From Antedon mediterranea (Eukaryota > Animalia > Echinodermata): DNA of 64,000 nt. A program made the position numbers and the translations under genes. Shown piece by piece: positions 51,838-64,000 of this stretch (positions are counted from its first letter, which is position 1; every line of letters starts with the position of its first letter). The notes under the pieces were generated by a model. The model did not search any database. It was not told the origin of the DNA and saw only the letters and a program-made list of their open reading frames with translations. The DNA is taken from positions 22,766,070-22,830,069 of the forward strand of contig NC_092671.1 in the NCBI RefSeq assembly GCF_964355755.1, read 5' to 3'.

Positions 51838-51886
51838 GGGGGGGGGGGCGGAACCGGCCCGCCCCCCCCCCCTAAATCCGCCCCTG
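51838..51886. mobile_element. Solo right end of a hAT-like MITE
   Basis: poly-G/poly-C followed by TAAATCCGCCCCTG. Confidence 0.45.
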
Positions 51887-53002
51887 TATAGTATTAAAAA
51901 TTGAGTGTAAATGACATTAAGAATTTGACATTACAATGACATACATGTTTCATGTTAGTCTAACATTGTACCTTTTGACATGAAATATTCCCTATGAAAA
52001 AATCGTAACTGTAAAGCGTCACGGTAGAGAACCAAAGCGTAAGGTACCGTGATGCTTCAAAGGCCTGGGGAGTACACTGACTTTGACAGTGACAATTTCA
52101 ACAATATAGTAAATTGCAAATGTTTTACCTTGTTTATTTTTATATTATTTTTAAAACACGAAAACAAATTTGTTACTGGGCCTGTTTCTGCTGGGCAGGA
52201 ATAATTAGTTATTAACCGATTAATTTTTAATCGATTATTTTTGGGCAGCAGAAACGACGCAAAATGACATAACCGATTATCAATTGCATGTTTCAACAGA
52301 TTATTGCATGTTTCAACAGATTATTGCATGTTTTAACAGATTATTGCGGAGTAGTTTTTAGCTGCAACACAAATAGAGATTATTGATCACATTTTAACCT
52401 TGTGAGTATGGGCAACCCTTACTCACAAAGCATGTCAGTGAATTTGCACGAGCGACGATCAGAAAAACGATGATGTTGATTGATTGAGCAGGACACTCCA
52501 GGGGAATAAAATGGAGTCTGCGTTAACTATTGGAGTACACTGCTACATTTCACCAGTCCAGGTTAACGATGTTTTGCATGTCCTTTTTTAGGCCTGTTGG
52601 TTTTGGTAGAGATATATAGCTGAGCTAGTAGATCAGTACCAACAGTGAAACGAATTTGCTTGTGGTACTTGTGGTAGTAGTAGATGTTTATTTTACAAAT
52701 AATCAGCTTTGAATGGAAGAGTTCAATTTTTAAGGTTTAGGCAGCGATAGGATGTAAACAAACCAACTCTAATCGGCCTTCCATAATTTGAACTGCGTTG
52801 TGGGTAATGTATGACATGATTTTTAAAAAGCGCTTACCAGATAATTGATTAATGTCGGAGAATAATTTCAGTTGCAACATAAGAATACTTAAGAATAATC
52901 AATTATTTTTTCAGCAGAAACAGATCAACTGAGTGGATAAAGAATATATAACAAAATTGTTCCTTTTTGCACCCATCCTTTTCACCATCTATTAATCCTA
53001 AT

Positions 53003-53498
53003 AGGGACTTTACAAAACACGGCGGGAAACTGCAGGACAGTGGTCATGATTAATTTAACCTAACAGACATATCGTGAATACACAATCATTGAAACAACTT
53101 AATACAATGTATATAAATACATTAACATTAACTTAAACAAAATTGTTTGGGCCTAGCAAAACATTTGATTTGAATTTATTTTACATTTGTGGGCGTTATC
53201 ACATTTTTGTGGGCGATGGTTGTTTTCACATTTGTGGGTGATGTGTTTTCACATTTGTTGTTGTTTTCACATTTGTGGGTGATGATTTTCACATTTGTGG
53301 TCGTATTCACATTTGTAGGCGTTCACATTTGTGGGTTCGACACCCCGCGCCACGAAACAGGAGAGGGAGAAATATACTGCCAGTCGTCGTCTTCGCACAG
53401 ATGCGTAACTAATGAACTGGCTATGTTGACTGTATATGTTTTTACGCTCTAGCGAACACCGGATATTTGTCATCCTTTGTCATTTACGTAAAGTCCCT
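53003..53498. mobile_element. PIF/ISL2EU-like MITE carrying an inserted ~20-bp tandem repeat
   Basis: 11-bp TIR AGGGACTTTAC / GTAAAGTCCCT, AAT on both sides; TTTTCACATTTGTGGG repeats at ~53180-53343. Confidence 0.7.
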
Positions 53499-54489
53499 AA
53501 TGTTACATACAAAACACAAATTTGGGTTTATTTAGATTTGAATAAAAAATTTGGACTCATTTTGTGACAAGTTTCTTTTTCGGAAGTAATTCCCCGGGTG
53601 CTAACACTAACATACGGTATGTACGTTTGAAATCGGGAGTTTTGTTACGCTGAAATGAAATTGTTGTCATTGGTAGTTATTTAATAAAACAATAAAATAT
53701 TTTACTTACTGTCCTGCAAAAAATGCTAACCATGGAAAACGCAGATCATGAGTGTCAACAAAAACATTCTGAACAAATAAGTTAGGAACACAGCTATGCT
53801 AGAAAAAAAGAGGAAGAATCAATTTAATAATATTTAAAGTTTTGACGCTAAATGCATAGCCAAGTATTCAAGTATTTTGTAAAAATAATACATATATTAC
53901 TTTAAAACCATTAAACCAGGTCATTACTTGTCTTAAATGTACGTTTTATGGTAAATTATGATAAAAAGTGAGAAACAATGCACTACTTAAGTAGATTGCG
54001 GCGAATGACCTCTCGTGGACGGTCTTTAGGCCTAGCCTATAGCTATGCTTAGTTTTGTAGGCCTAGCTGGTAAACATCGCTAACGTACGAACATCGTACG
54101 CTAGCTATACACGTTGTATATTTGCTGCATTAATTGTCTATTTTTGAAAGACTCTGTTGATACAAATTGGGGAAAACCCGGTATTTTCGCTGAAGTCTTT
54201 TGTTTTGGCCTCACGATCGATCAAAAAGTGGGTGAATTACATAAGAAAAATAAAAATGTCAATCCACACAAAATGCATTTTGGGATTTATAGCGGGCCGC
54301 TATAATTATTAGAATCGACTTATTTTTCACATTTTTAACCATTTAAAGACGAAAAAAGTTATCGCACTAGGACAATATAGTATTATTTTTACATTAAATA
54401 GTTAGTGATCTTAAAATAGATCTAAAAAACGTAGGGAAGGTGTCTTTAAGGAATGATTGTATTAATCAAGTTTGATAGTTTTATAATTA

Positions 54490-55140
54490 AATGATAATTT
54501 AGAATAAAATGATCACCTATTGTTATTGTATGAAATCTTTATTATTATTATTCTTCCTTCTTCTTCTTCTTCTTCTTGTACACTATTTTGTGTAACAAAT
54601 ATCTCAAAAAGTTTAATGTCAATGATTACCAAAATTGTCTTTCAAATACTTTAACTTAGTCCTAATAAGCTTTTCAGTGTGATCACTAATCCATGACGTC
54701 ATTTATACGCCATTTTGTGAAATCACATTATCAATCATATATCCCTAATTCATTATCACATATTAATGAAATTTACTACACGTAAACTTCAGGTCAAGGG
54801 TAAAAATATTGGCAAATAAAAACTTGCGCGTTTCAAGGTCATACACATGAAATTGCGCGTTAAAAATTAAAAAAGCTCAAAATTAAGTTTTGATCAATTT
54901 AGAGCATGAATTAGGTCATTTGCGTGTTTAAAAAAATTACTGCGCAAAAACACGTTTTTCCGTCCGTGATTCTTATAAAACGTAAAGCTCAAGTAAACAA
55001 GTAAGTACCAGTAAAAATACATTTTTGTACAAATCGCCTTGTACTCATCATCCTTAGTACATTTATCAAATTTGAGTCCATTCCGACTTAAAATAACGCT
55101 ATACGAGCAGGTTAAAAATGACAAAACGGGCACATTAATT
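54490..55140 (+). mobile_element. Partial AGGTGATCATTT-family HINE in opposite orientation
   Basis: Reverse complement of ~43900-44495, with (CTT)n at ~54550-54577. Confidence 0.8.
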
Positions 55141-55142
55141 AA

Positions 55143-58100
55143 TTAATCACGCGGAAAAAGTATGTTTTTTAACGCTACGTGCGCAAAGCGCGTAAAAAGT
55201 TGCGCGTGCATGGGAATTTTTGACATGCTCAAAATGACAAGAAAGTTGATTAGAAATGTTTTTTTTGCATTTTTAAATTTTAAAAGCGCGTGCGCGCGTA
55301 ACTTTGTGTAAAACATGTAATTTTTAGTGCACAAAAAGTTAGCGCAAGTTATAAATTAAACTTTTGCTAAGTTTCAATTTAAATTGTTATATGGTTTTCG
55401 ATCTATGTTAAATACGCAAAATTCATAAAATCGCGCGTAAGTCAAGTTGCGCCTTTCTGACGCCATTCACAATAGCAGGTGCACAACTTCACGTAAATGC
55501 CCACATGTTGACAAAGTTATAACATGTTAACTTTACACGTTTTAGAGATACGCTCTGAACAAAAATGACATAAAGAAAGAAGCACTAGACATGAAACTCG
55601 TCACTTTGACGAGTTAGTTATCCACACGACAAACGACACGCGCACGTCATACGTTGCAATTTTGCACACGGAAAAAGATTATGGCATTATGACCTGAACT
55701 GAAGAATATCATATGCTGTTATTGCTGAATTCTTTTAATTTTGTGTTATATAGTATATACAGTATAAACAGTATATTCTGTATACAATAAATACAGTGTA
55801 GAATAGGTGAAATTACGGGACCCACCATTTATTCCAATTTTTAACATGGCGACGGTTTCAAAATGAAACACTAAGGTAGCAATTTCTCAGCAACAACATA
55901 TTAATGTGTAGAAGAAATTGGAATACGTAAAATATAGATGCGCGCTCTTTTAAATGTGATTAACTATGACGCAAAATATGAAAATACGACTTTTTATATT
56001 CAACTGGCCATAAGATGACGTCAAAACATCTGATTGGCAAAATGTTCACATGAATTCGTATCTACAATCCAATAGCTTCCAGAAAACGTTTAATCATGAT
56101 TATCACTTTTTATTCTGACGAGCTATAACAAATTGAAGTTTACTATAATAAAGACATGATGACGTCATAAAAATTAAAATATTTATAACTCATGCGAAAG
56201 ATAGTGGATTGACCTAGACAGTATTCAAATATCTGAGGAAATGGAATACGTATAAGCGAGATGCGCTCTATTTAATGTGATGTGCAATAATGAAAGAGTA
56301 AAAAATCCTATATTTTACATTCGTGTGGCCATACGATGACGTCATAACATCCGAGGGGTAAAGATTCTGCATGAATTCATATCTACAACATATCTGCTTA
56401 AATATTAATTTAAACAAATTGGGGGGTCATGGATGATCCTGAGGAGCTATAATAGATTAAAAATAGGCATAATTTTGACAATATTTTTTCACTTTTGCAA
56501 CTAAAACACGCGCAAATGGTCTAAATCAACGTGTTCATATGACGTCATTTTAATTTGAAATGATGTCAATCTTTTTAGAAATGACTAGGAAAGGCTAGAA
56601 AATCACAATTCAATAGAAAAAACATGATTTTCGTACTTTGTGCGCACCATACGCGTAACATTTTTCGCGCACGCAGTAATTTTTGACATGCTCAAAATAT
56701 CATAAGCGTAGAAAGTTGATTAGAAATTAATTTTGGTCATTTTTAAACTTTAAATGCGCGTGCGCGCGTAACTTCTTGTAAAACATGCCATTTTTAATCC
56801 ATAGAAAGTTGACCCATGATATGAATTAAAATATTATTAAGTTTCATGAAACAATATTTGTTGGTTCTAAAGTTATGATCAGTTATAGAATTTCATAAAA
56901 TCCCACGTAACTTACGCAACACGGATCTGAAATCGTCCAAATACTTGGTTGCACATCTACACTTCAATGTCAATCTTTTTACCAAGTTATACAAAGTTAT
57001 GTTACTAAGCAATAGAGATATACTGGTCACAAAAATCCGGGAAAGAAAGAAGAACTAGACATGAAACTCGTCACTTTGACGAGTTAGTTATCCGCTCGAC
57101 AAACGCCACGTGCACGTCATACGTTGGAATTTTGCACACAGAAAAAGATTATGGCATTATTACCTGAACTGAAGAATATGATGTGTTGTTAGTGCTGAAT
57201 GCTGTATATTTTGTGTCATATAGAATACACAGTATAATCTATATACATATTGCACAAACAGTGTAAAATAGGTGAAATTACGGGACCCGTATTTTATTCC
57301 AATTTTTAACATGTTGACGGTTTCAAAATGAAACGCGAAGGTATTAATTTCGGAAGGAAATTATCTCAGCAACAACATATTAACGTTTAGAAGAAATTTG
57401 AATACGTGAAATATTGATGAGCACTCTATTAAATGTAATGAGCTATGACGCAAAAGATGAAAATACGACTTTGTTTATTTAACTGGCCATATGATGACAT
57501 CACAATATCTAATTGGCGAAAATTTACTGTAAAGATGAAATTAATGATCCTGTTAATTAACATTTTTAGGCATGATTATGTCATAAAAATTAAAATATTT
57601 GTAACTCATGCGTAAGATAGTTGATTGACCTAGACAATATTAAAATCTCGGAGAAAAAGAAATACAGATAAGCGTGATGCGCTCCATTGAATATGATGAG
57701 CAATAACGAAAGAGACAAAAATCCTATATTTTACATGCGTGTGGCCATACGATGACTTCACAATGTCCAGTTAGCCATATTGATTAATGATCCGATATCT
57801 ACAACTCATCAACTTCCAGAATATGTAATTTAAAAAAATTCACCTCGTTTTTTAGAATCTATGACATAATTTTGATGAATTTTAAAACTTTTTCAATAAA
57901 AACGCGCGCAAATTGTACAATTTGACGTGCTCGTATGACGTAATTTTAAGTCGAAATTGTTTAAAAATTTGTAAAATTACTTTAAAAGGCTGGAAAAATA
58001 AAATTCACGCAAAAAAAAATATTTTTAGCTGTACGTGCACACCGCGTATAAAATTGTTCGCGTGCGTAGGAATTTCTGACAGGCTCAAATTGTCATGATC

Positions 58101-59227
58101 ATCGTAGAAAGTTGATTAGAAATTAATTTTGTGCACTTTGAAATTTTAAATGCGTGTGCACGCGTAACTTCTTGTAAAACATGTAATTTTTAATCCACAA
58201 AAAGTTTGCCCTTGATATGACTTAAATTTTCACAAAGTGTAAAAAAAAAATTACATGTAACTCGTCACTTTGACGAGTTAGTTATCCGCAGGACAAATGC
58301 CACGTGCACGTCATACGTTGCGTTAGAATATTGCACACAGAAAAAGATTATGGCATTATGACCTGAACTGAAAAATATGATATGTTGTTAGTGCTGATTT
58401 CTGTCAATTTTGTGTCATATAGTATATATAGTATAATATGTATACATATTACATACAGTGTAGAATAAGTGAAATTATGGGACCTGCCATATATTGCAAT
58501 TTTTAACATGTTGACGGTTTTAAAATGAAACGCGAAGGTAGCAATTTCGGAAGGCAATTATCTCAGCAACAACATATTAACGTGTAGAAGAAATTTGAAT
58601 ACGTGAAATATTGATGCGCGCTCTTTTAAATGTAATGACGCAAAAGATGAAAATACGACATTTTTTATTTTACTGGCCATATGATGACGTCAAAACATCC
58701 GATTGGCAAAATTTTCACATGATTTCGTTTTTCAAAAAAGTTTTAATCGTGATTACGAGCTATAAGAGATTAAAATTTACTGTAAAGATGAAATTAATGC
58801 CACACGTAATTGAAATTTTTAGGCATGATGACATCATAAACATTAATTAATTAATTATTTTTTGACATGCTTAAAACGTCATGAAAGTTGGGCATCTTGA
58901 AATTTTAAATGCGTGTGCACGCGTATCTTTGTGTAAAACACGCAATTTTTTTCTACAGAAAGTTAGCGCATAATATAAATTAAACTTTTGCAAAGTTTCA
59001 ATTTGAAATGTTATTTGGTTTTCGACCTATGTTAAATACGAGAAAATCGTTAAATTGCGCTTAAGTCACGTTGCGCAATTGTAAACGTCATGAAAAGCTT
59101 CGCTTGACGACATTACGTAAATATCAATGTTAAGATAGTTAACAAAATGTTATGTTTGCAACTTTTAGAGAAAAGCGTTGCACAAAAATCATACAGAAAG
59201 AAGATCAAGAAAAAGATGATGATGATG
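55143..59227 (-). mobile_element. Second, more divergent HINE cluster
   Basis: Partial body then heads at 55585, 57055 and ~58253 (CTAG lost); bodies abut at AAAGAAAGAAG linkers; ends in (GAT)n with no terminal hairpins. Confidence 0.85.
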
Positions 59228-59551
59228 AGGCCTAAAAAAAAAAATTGTTTGTTTGCTGTCAAGTTTTTTTTTTTTGGTAGGGGAGGCGGGTGGAAAAAAG
59301 TTTTTTTTTTTTTATTTATTTATTTTTTTTAAAATTAATTTTTGTTAATTTCTCTGTTAATTGTACGCGAATTTGAGAGTAAGAAAACACACTGAATAAA
59401 ACAACGAGCTCAAACATCTATTCATAATTTTTTTCACACTTTAATTCTGTTTTGGGCACGTTAGGCCCCGTGTCTAAACTAGCCTAGGCTAGGCCTACTA
59501 CACAGTAGGTCGTTGTTAGCAGGCCTAATTAAATATTTTAGAAGTTGGTGT

Positions 59552-59670
59552 ACCGTATATTTCGGTGTATAAGTCGCACCTGTGTATAAGACGCACCCCC
59601 TAACTGAGAGTAAAATATCGGTATTTTGTATATCGTCGATGTATAAGACGGCCGCGCCCAGCCTCAACAA
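59552..59670 (+). mobile_element. Left end of a Tc1/pogo-like (CCGTA) MITE
   Basis: TA-CCGTATATTTCGGTGTATAAGTCGCACC with repeated GTATAAGACG. Confidence 0.6.
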
Positions 59671-61153
59671 GAAGGGAAGTCCCCCATTCCGTCAGTTCTT
59701 TCTAACTTGTTATTCATGAGTTTCGCACCCGCAACATCGAGTGCATGACCGCACGTGTGTGTGGGCTAGCCTCGCTCGATCCTTTTATCGAGAGCTCACG
59801 TTTTCACGGACAATCGTATTCGATTAGTATCTATGTATCCTAGAAGTATCTATGTATCCTAACCCTAACCCTATGCTATAATCAACTGGAGAGGTTCTAC
59901 AGTAGGACACCTACCCCCTAGACAGTTACTCCCCGGATGTTTACCACCCGGACAACTACTTCCCGGACAACTACTTCCCGGACAACTACTTCCCGGACAA
60001 CTACTCCCGGACAACTATCCCCCCGGACAACTACCCCCCGGACAACTACCCCCCGGACAACTACCCCCCGGACAACTACCCCCCGGACAACTACCCCCGG
60101 ACAACTACCCCCCCGGACAACTACCCCCCCCGGACAACTACCCCCCGGACAACTACCCCCCGGACAACTACCCCCCCCCCCCGGACAACTATTACCCCGG
60201 ACAACTACCCCCCCCCCCCTCCCCGGACAACTCCCCCCCCCCTCGGACAACTCCCCCCCCTCGGACAACTCCCCCCCCTCGGACAACTCCCCCCCCCCCC
60301 ACTCGGACAACTACCCCCCGGACAACACTAATCCCCGGACAACACTAATCCCCGGACAACACTACCCCCGGAGAAAACTACCCCCGGAGAAAACTACGCC
60401 CCGGAGAAAACTACCCCCCGGAGAAAACTATCCCCCGGAGAAAACTATCCCCCGGAGAAAACTATCCCCCGGAGAAAACTATGCCCCCGGAGAAAACTAT
60501 GCCCCCGGAGAAAACTATGCCCCAGACAACTATGCCCCAGACAACTATGCCCCAGACAACTATGCCCCAGACAACTATGCCCCAGACAACTATGCCCCAG
60601 ACAACTATGCCCCAGACAACTACCCCCGGGACAACTTAATCCCCGGGACAACTTAATCCCCGGACAACTACCCCCTTAGGACAACTACCCCCTTAGGACA
60701 ACTACCCCCTTAGGACAACTACCCCCTTAGGACAACTACCCCCTTAGGACAACTACCCCCTTAGGACAACTACCCCCTTAGGACAACTACCCCCTTAGGA
60801 CAACTACCCCCTTAGGACAACTACCCCTTAGGACAACTACCCCCTTAGGACAACTACCCCCTTAGGACAACTACCCCCTTAGGACAACTACCCCCTTAGG
60901 ACAACTACCCCCTTAGGACAACTACCCCCTTAGGACAACTACCCCTTAGGACAACTACCCCCTTAGGACAACTACCCCCTTAGGACAACTACCCCCTTAG
61001 GACAACTACCCCCGGTCAACTAACCCCGGTCAACTACCCCCTCTCTTAGGACAAACACCCCCATGACAACTACTACCCCCCCCCCCCCCAAATCCAAAAG
61101 TAGACAAATATATAGGACCGGTTTCTGTAAAAATGAAATCATCCGTTTTTAAC

Positions 61154-61537
61154 GGGTGTTTCGAAGAGAGACCCGAGACCAGAGACCTGACACGAGACCC
61201 AATACGAAAAGGGAGACCTATATTTGGGTCTCCCTTTTCGTATATTAGGGTCTCCCTTTTCGTATAGTGTGGTCTCTCTTTTCGTATAGTGGGGTCTCCC
61301 TTTTCTTATAGTGGGTCTCCCTTTTCGTATATTTGGGTCTCCCATTTTGTATATTTGGGTCTCCCTTTCCGTATATTTAGGTCTCCCTTTTCGTATATTT
61401 AGGTCTCCCTTTTTGTATATTAGGGTCTCCCTTTTCGTATAGTGGGATCTCCCTTTTCGTATAGTGGGATCTCCCTTTTCGTATAGTGGGGTCTCCCTTT
61501 TCGTATTGGGTCTCGGGTCTCTAGTTTCGAAACACCC
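61154..61537. mobile_element. MULE-like MITE with internal ~21-bp tandem repeat
   Basis: GGGTGTTTCGAA / TTCGAAACACCC termini, flanks GTTTTTAAC / GTTTTAAC, internal GGGTCTCCCTTTTCGTATA units; same GGGTGT..CGAA end type as 12969. Confidence 0.8.
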
Positions 61538-63039
61538 GTTTTAACCGATTATTCTGTTTAACAGCACGCTAGACCCTAGATGTGCTAGATTTAAAGTACC
61601 GTATTTATTGAAAAAACGGCCTGGGCTGTTTATTGTTCAGGTGGTTTTTAGGTGGACATTTATTGGAAGAAAGTTGTTTATTCGATGGGAGGGGGTATAA
61701 TCTAATGGAAATAGACGTCGATTATTCCGTATGATGTTTCATGGGAGTGACATGGTCACCGTTTATTTGAGGGGAATTTATTTAAAGATCGCCGTTTATT
61801 CGGTGAGTGAACATTGAGGTCAAATATCAAAAGTGATATTATTCATCAAGTGTAAAAAATACATATATGACAAATTTGAGACAAATATTAATTCTTTTAA
61901 GACCAGTGGTTATCGAAGCATTGTCCTGACGCAAAAATTATGTCAACAATCAAAGGTAGCATTTCATGTCATTTTTTATGAAACATTTTTATTGAAGTAC
62001 ATAGAAACATTGATATTTTGAACAATATGAGACCAACATTAAATTCCTACAGACATAGAAAGAATAAAAAGGTCAAAATGTCAAATATGATATTTCCAGC
62101 CATATTTAAAGACTAAGTTTCATTAGAGGTAATAATCCAGATGATCCCATTTTCGGGACTTTTTTTTTTATACCAAGTGCGAAAAGTATTTTAACAATCA
62201 AAATGATACTGACTTAAAAACAAAGTATAAAAAGGTATGTTGAAGGCTACTAACTACTAGGGGGCTTGGGGGTAATTTTCAGGGGGTTATTGTTCCTAGG
62301 GGGTAATTGTCCGGGGGTTAGTTGTCCAGTGGTTAGTTGTCCTACGGAGGTAGTTGTCCTAAAAGATTATTTGCCCTCGTAGTATTGTCCAGGTCAAGGA
62401 GGTAGTTGTCCTACGGGGAGTAGTATTGTGTCAGAGGTAGTTGTCCGGGGGGTTATTTACCCGGGGGGGGGGGGCGGGTAAATTGTCTGGTTGTCGAATG
62501 GTCCGTCCGCGGGGGGTAGTTGTTCTAAAGGGATAGTTGCCTGGGTGATAGTTGTCCAGGGGTTAGTTGTCCTACGGAGGTCGTTGTCCTGAAACATTAT
62601 TTGCCCTCGGAGTATTGTCCAGGTCCAGAGGTAGTTGTCCGCTGGGTAATTACCAGGGGGCGGGGGGCTAATTGTCCGGTTGTCGAATGGTCTGGGTGGT
62701 AGTTGTCCGTCCGGGGGGTAGTTGTTCTAAAGGGATAGTTGCCTGGGTGGTAGTTGTCCATCCAGGGGTTAGTTGTTCTACGGAGGTAGTTGTCCTGAAA
62801 CATTATTTTCCCTCGGAGTATTGTCCAGGTCCAGAGGTAGTTGTCCGCGGGGTAATTACCAGGGGGGGGGGGGGGTAATTGTCCGGAGAGCTGGGTAATT
62901 TTCAGGGGGTAATTGTCCGGGGGAAATTGTCCGGGGGGAATTGTCCGGGGGGGTAGTTGTCCAGGGGTTAGTTGTCCTACGGAGGTAGTTGTCTTAAAAG
63001 ATTATTTGCCCTCGTAGTATTGTCCAGGTCCAGGAGGTA

Positions 63040-63943
63040 CCGTATTTTCCGGAGTATAGGTCGACCCCAAGTATAAGTCGACCCCCAACTTTGGCCTAGA
63101 ATATCGTTGATTTTGGTATGACCTGAATATAAGTCGACCCCCAAAATCGGCTAATAACACAACTTACTTTAAAGTTCAAAGAGGGCTAGAAATGTATGAA
63201 ATGTGGTTATTTGTTTATATTATTAAAGTGTAGGCCTAATCAATATCGGACAGACGTAATGACGACGACTTCGCCGCCGTCTTCACCAGCCTATAATAAA
63301 TGACAGCGATGTAGCGTTACTTGCCATCAGCGATGTTTTTCGCGTCATTCGAATAAATTAAAACGAGTTTTCCGTTAGGAGGCTTATTAATTGTACAGGC
63401 GAGTAGTTGTAAATCGCGTTATCTGTAAATGTACACGCGCCCGACTAAGGAGAATTTATTTTATGAATAGACATGCGCAGTAATTGTAATTACGAACAAA
63501 CAAACAAACTGCGCATGTGTATAGATGAAAATATCGCGCAATAACAAACATGCTGCATGGACATTCCGACGTCTGTGGTGTGTGTTACGATGTTTTCGCG
63601 AGAGTGAATAAGAAGCATAAATAAAACTATTTATTCTTAATTATCTTAAAAGCGTAATATTAACATCAAAATGAGTCATTGTGATATATTAATATTTTAT
63701 TGACCAGTACTTGTTGGAGTTGTATTATTTTGTACAATGTAGGTATTAAATTGAAAACTTCTGTGAGTGATTGATGATAGGCCACTGACCTTGCTGGGCC
63801 TTGCTTGACAGCTGACGGCTTTTGAACATATTTTTTCGGCCTGATTTTTTTCAAAAATCGCATGGTCGGAGTATAAGTCGACCCCTCGATTTTGCAATTA
63901 AAATTTTCCCGCAAAATCTCGACCTATACTCCGGAAAATACGG
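63040..63943. mobile_element. Tc1/mariner-pogo-like non-autonomous element
   Basis: Perfect 25-bp TIR CCGTATTTTCCGGAGTATAGGTCGA; TA duplicated; removal restores host repeat GGAGGTAGTTGTCC. Confidence 0.93.
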
Positions 63944-64000
63944 TAGTTGTCCTACGGGGAGTATTGTGTCAGAGGTAGTTGTCCGCGGGGTAATTACAGG

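Larger units (their letters stand above)
59892..64000. mobile_element. Foldback/MULE-like element with expanded GGACAACTACCCC minisatellite arms (right end outside window)
   Basis: C-rich repeats ~59904-61075 and the inverted G-rich repeats ~62260-64000; same motif as the 18725-24620 element. Confidence 0.75.

Noticed and set aside
59859-59873. CCTAACCCTAACCCT telomere-like motif
   Set aside because: Only about two units, internal; common within interspersed repeats.
59918-60656. Long Pro/Thr-rich or Gly/Val-rich ORFs
   Set aside because: Translations of a stop-free minisatellite on both strands.

Overview
AT-rich eukaryotic (animal, invertebrate-like) DNA made almost entirely of transposable elements and repeats; nearly all short ORFs in the track are spurious. 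Contents: the 3' ends of two Ty3/Gypsy LTR elements (the second has RT-RNaseH running straight into PPT/LTR, i.e. Gmr1-like order), a BEL/Pao fragment, several LINE fragments, many non-autonomous DNA transposons with readable TIRs/TSDs (Kolobok-, hAT-, MULE-, PIF-, Tc1/pogo-like), one canonical non-autonomous Helitron, and two clusters of ~1.5 kb Helentron/HINE-like elements. Two main observations. (1) The apparent 1.5 kb tandem array at ~30.9-45.1 kb parses as a bracket-matched, Russian-doll stack of elements each inserted into the same purine-rich linker of the previous copy (bodies stacked left, their terminal hairpins stacked right). (2) A spliced gene 3' end missed by the ORF track (3290-5520): six tandemly duplicated 30/33-nt micro-exons followed by exons encoding a C-terminal chromodomain. 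All calls come from reading the sequence by eye; no alignment or database search was run, and superfamily labels are inferred from termini.
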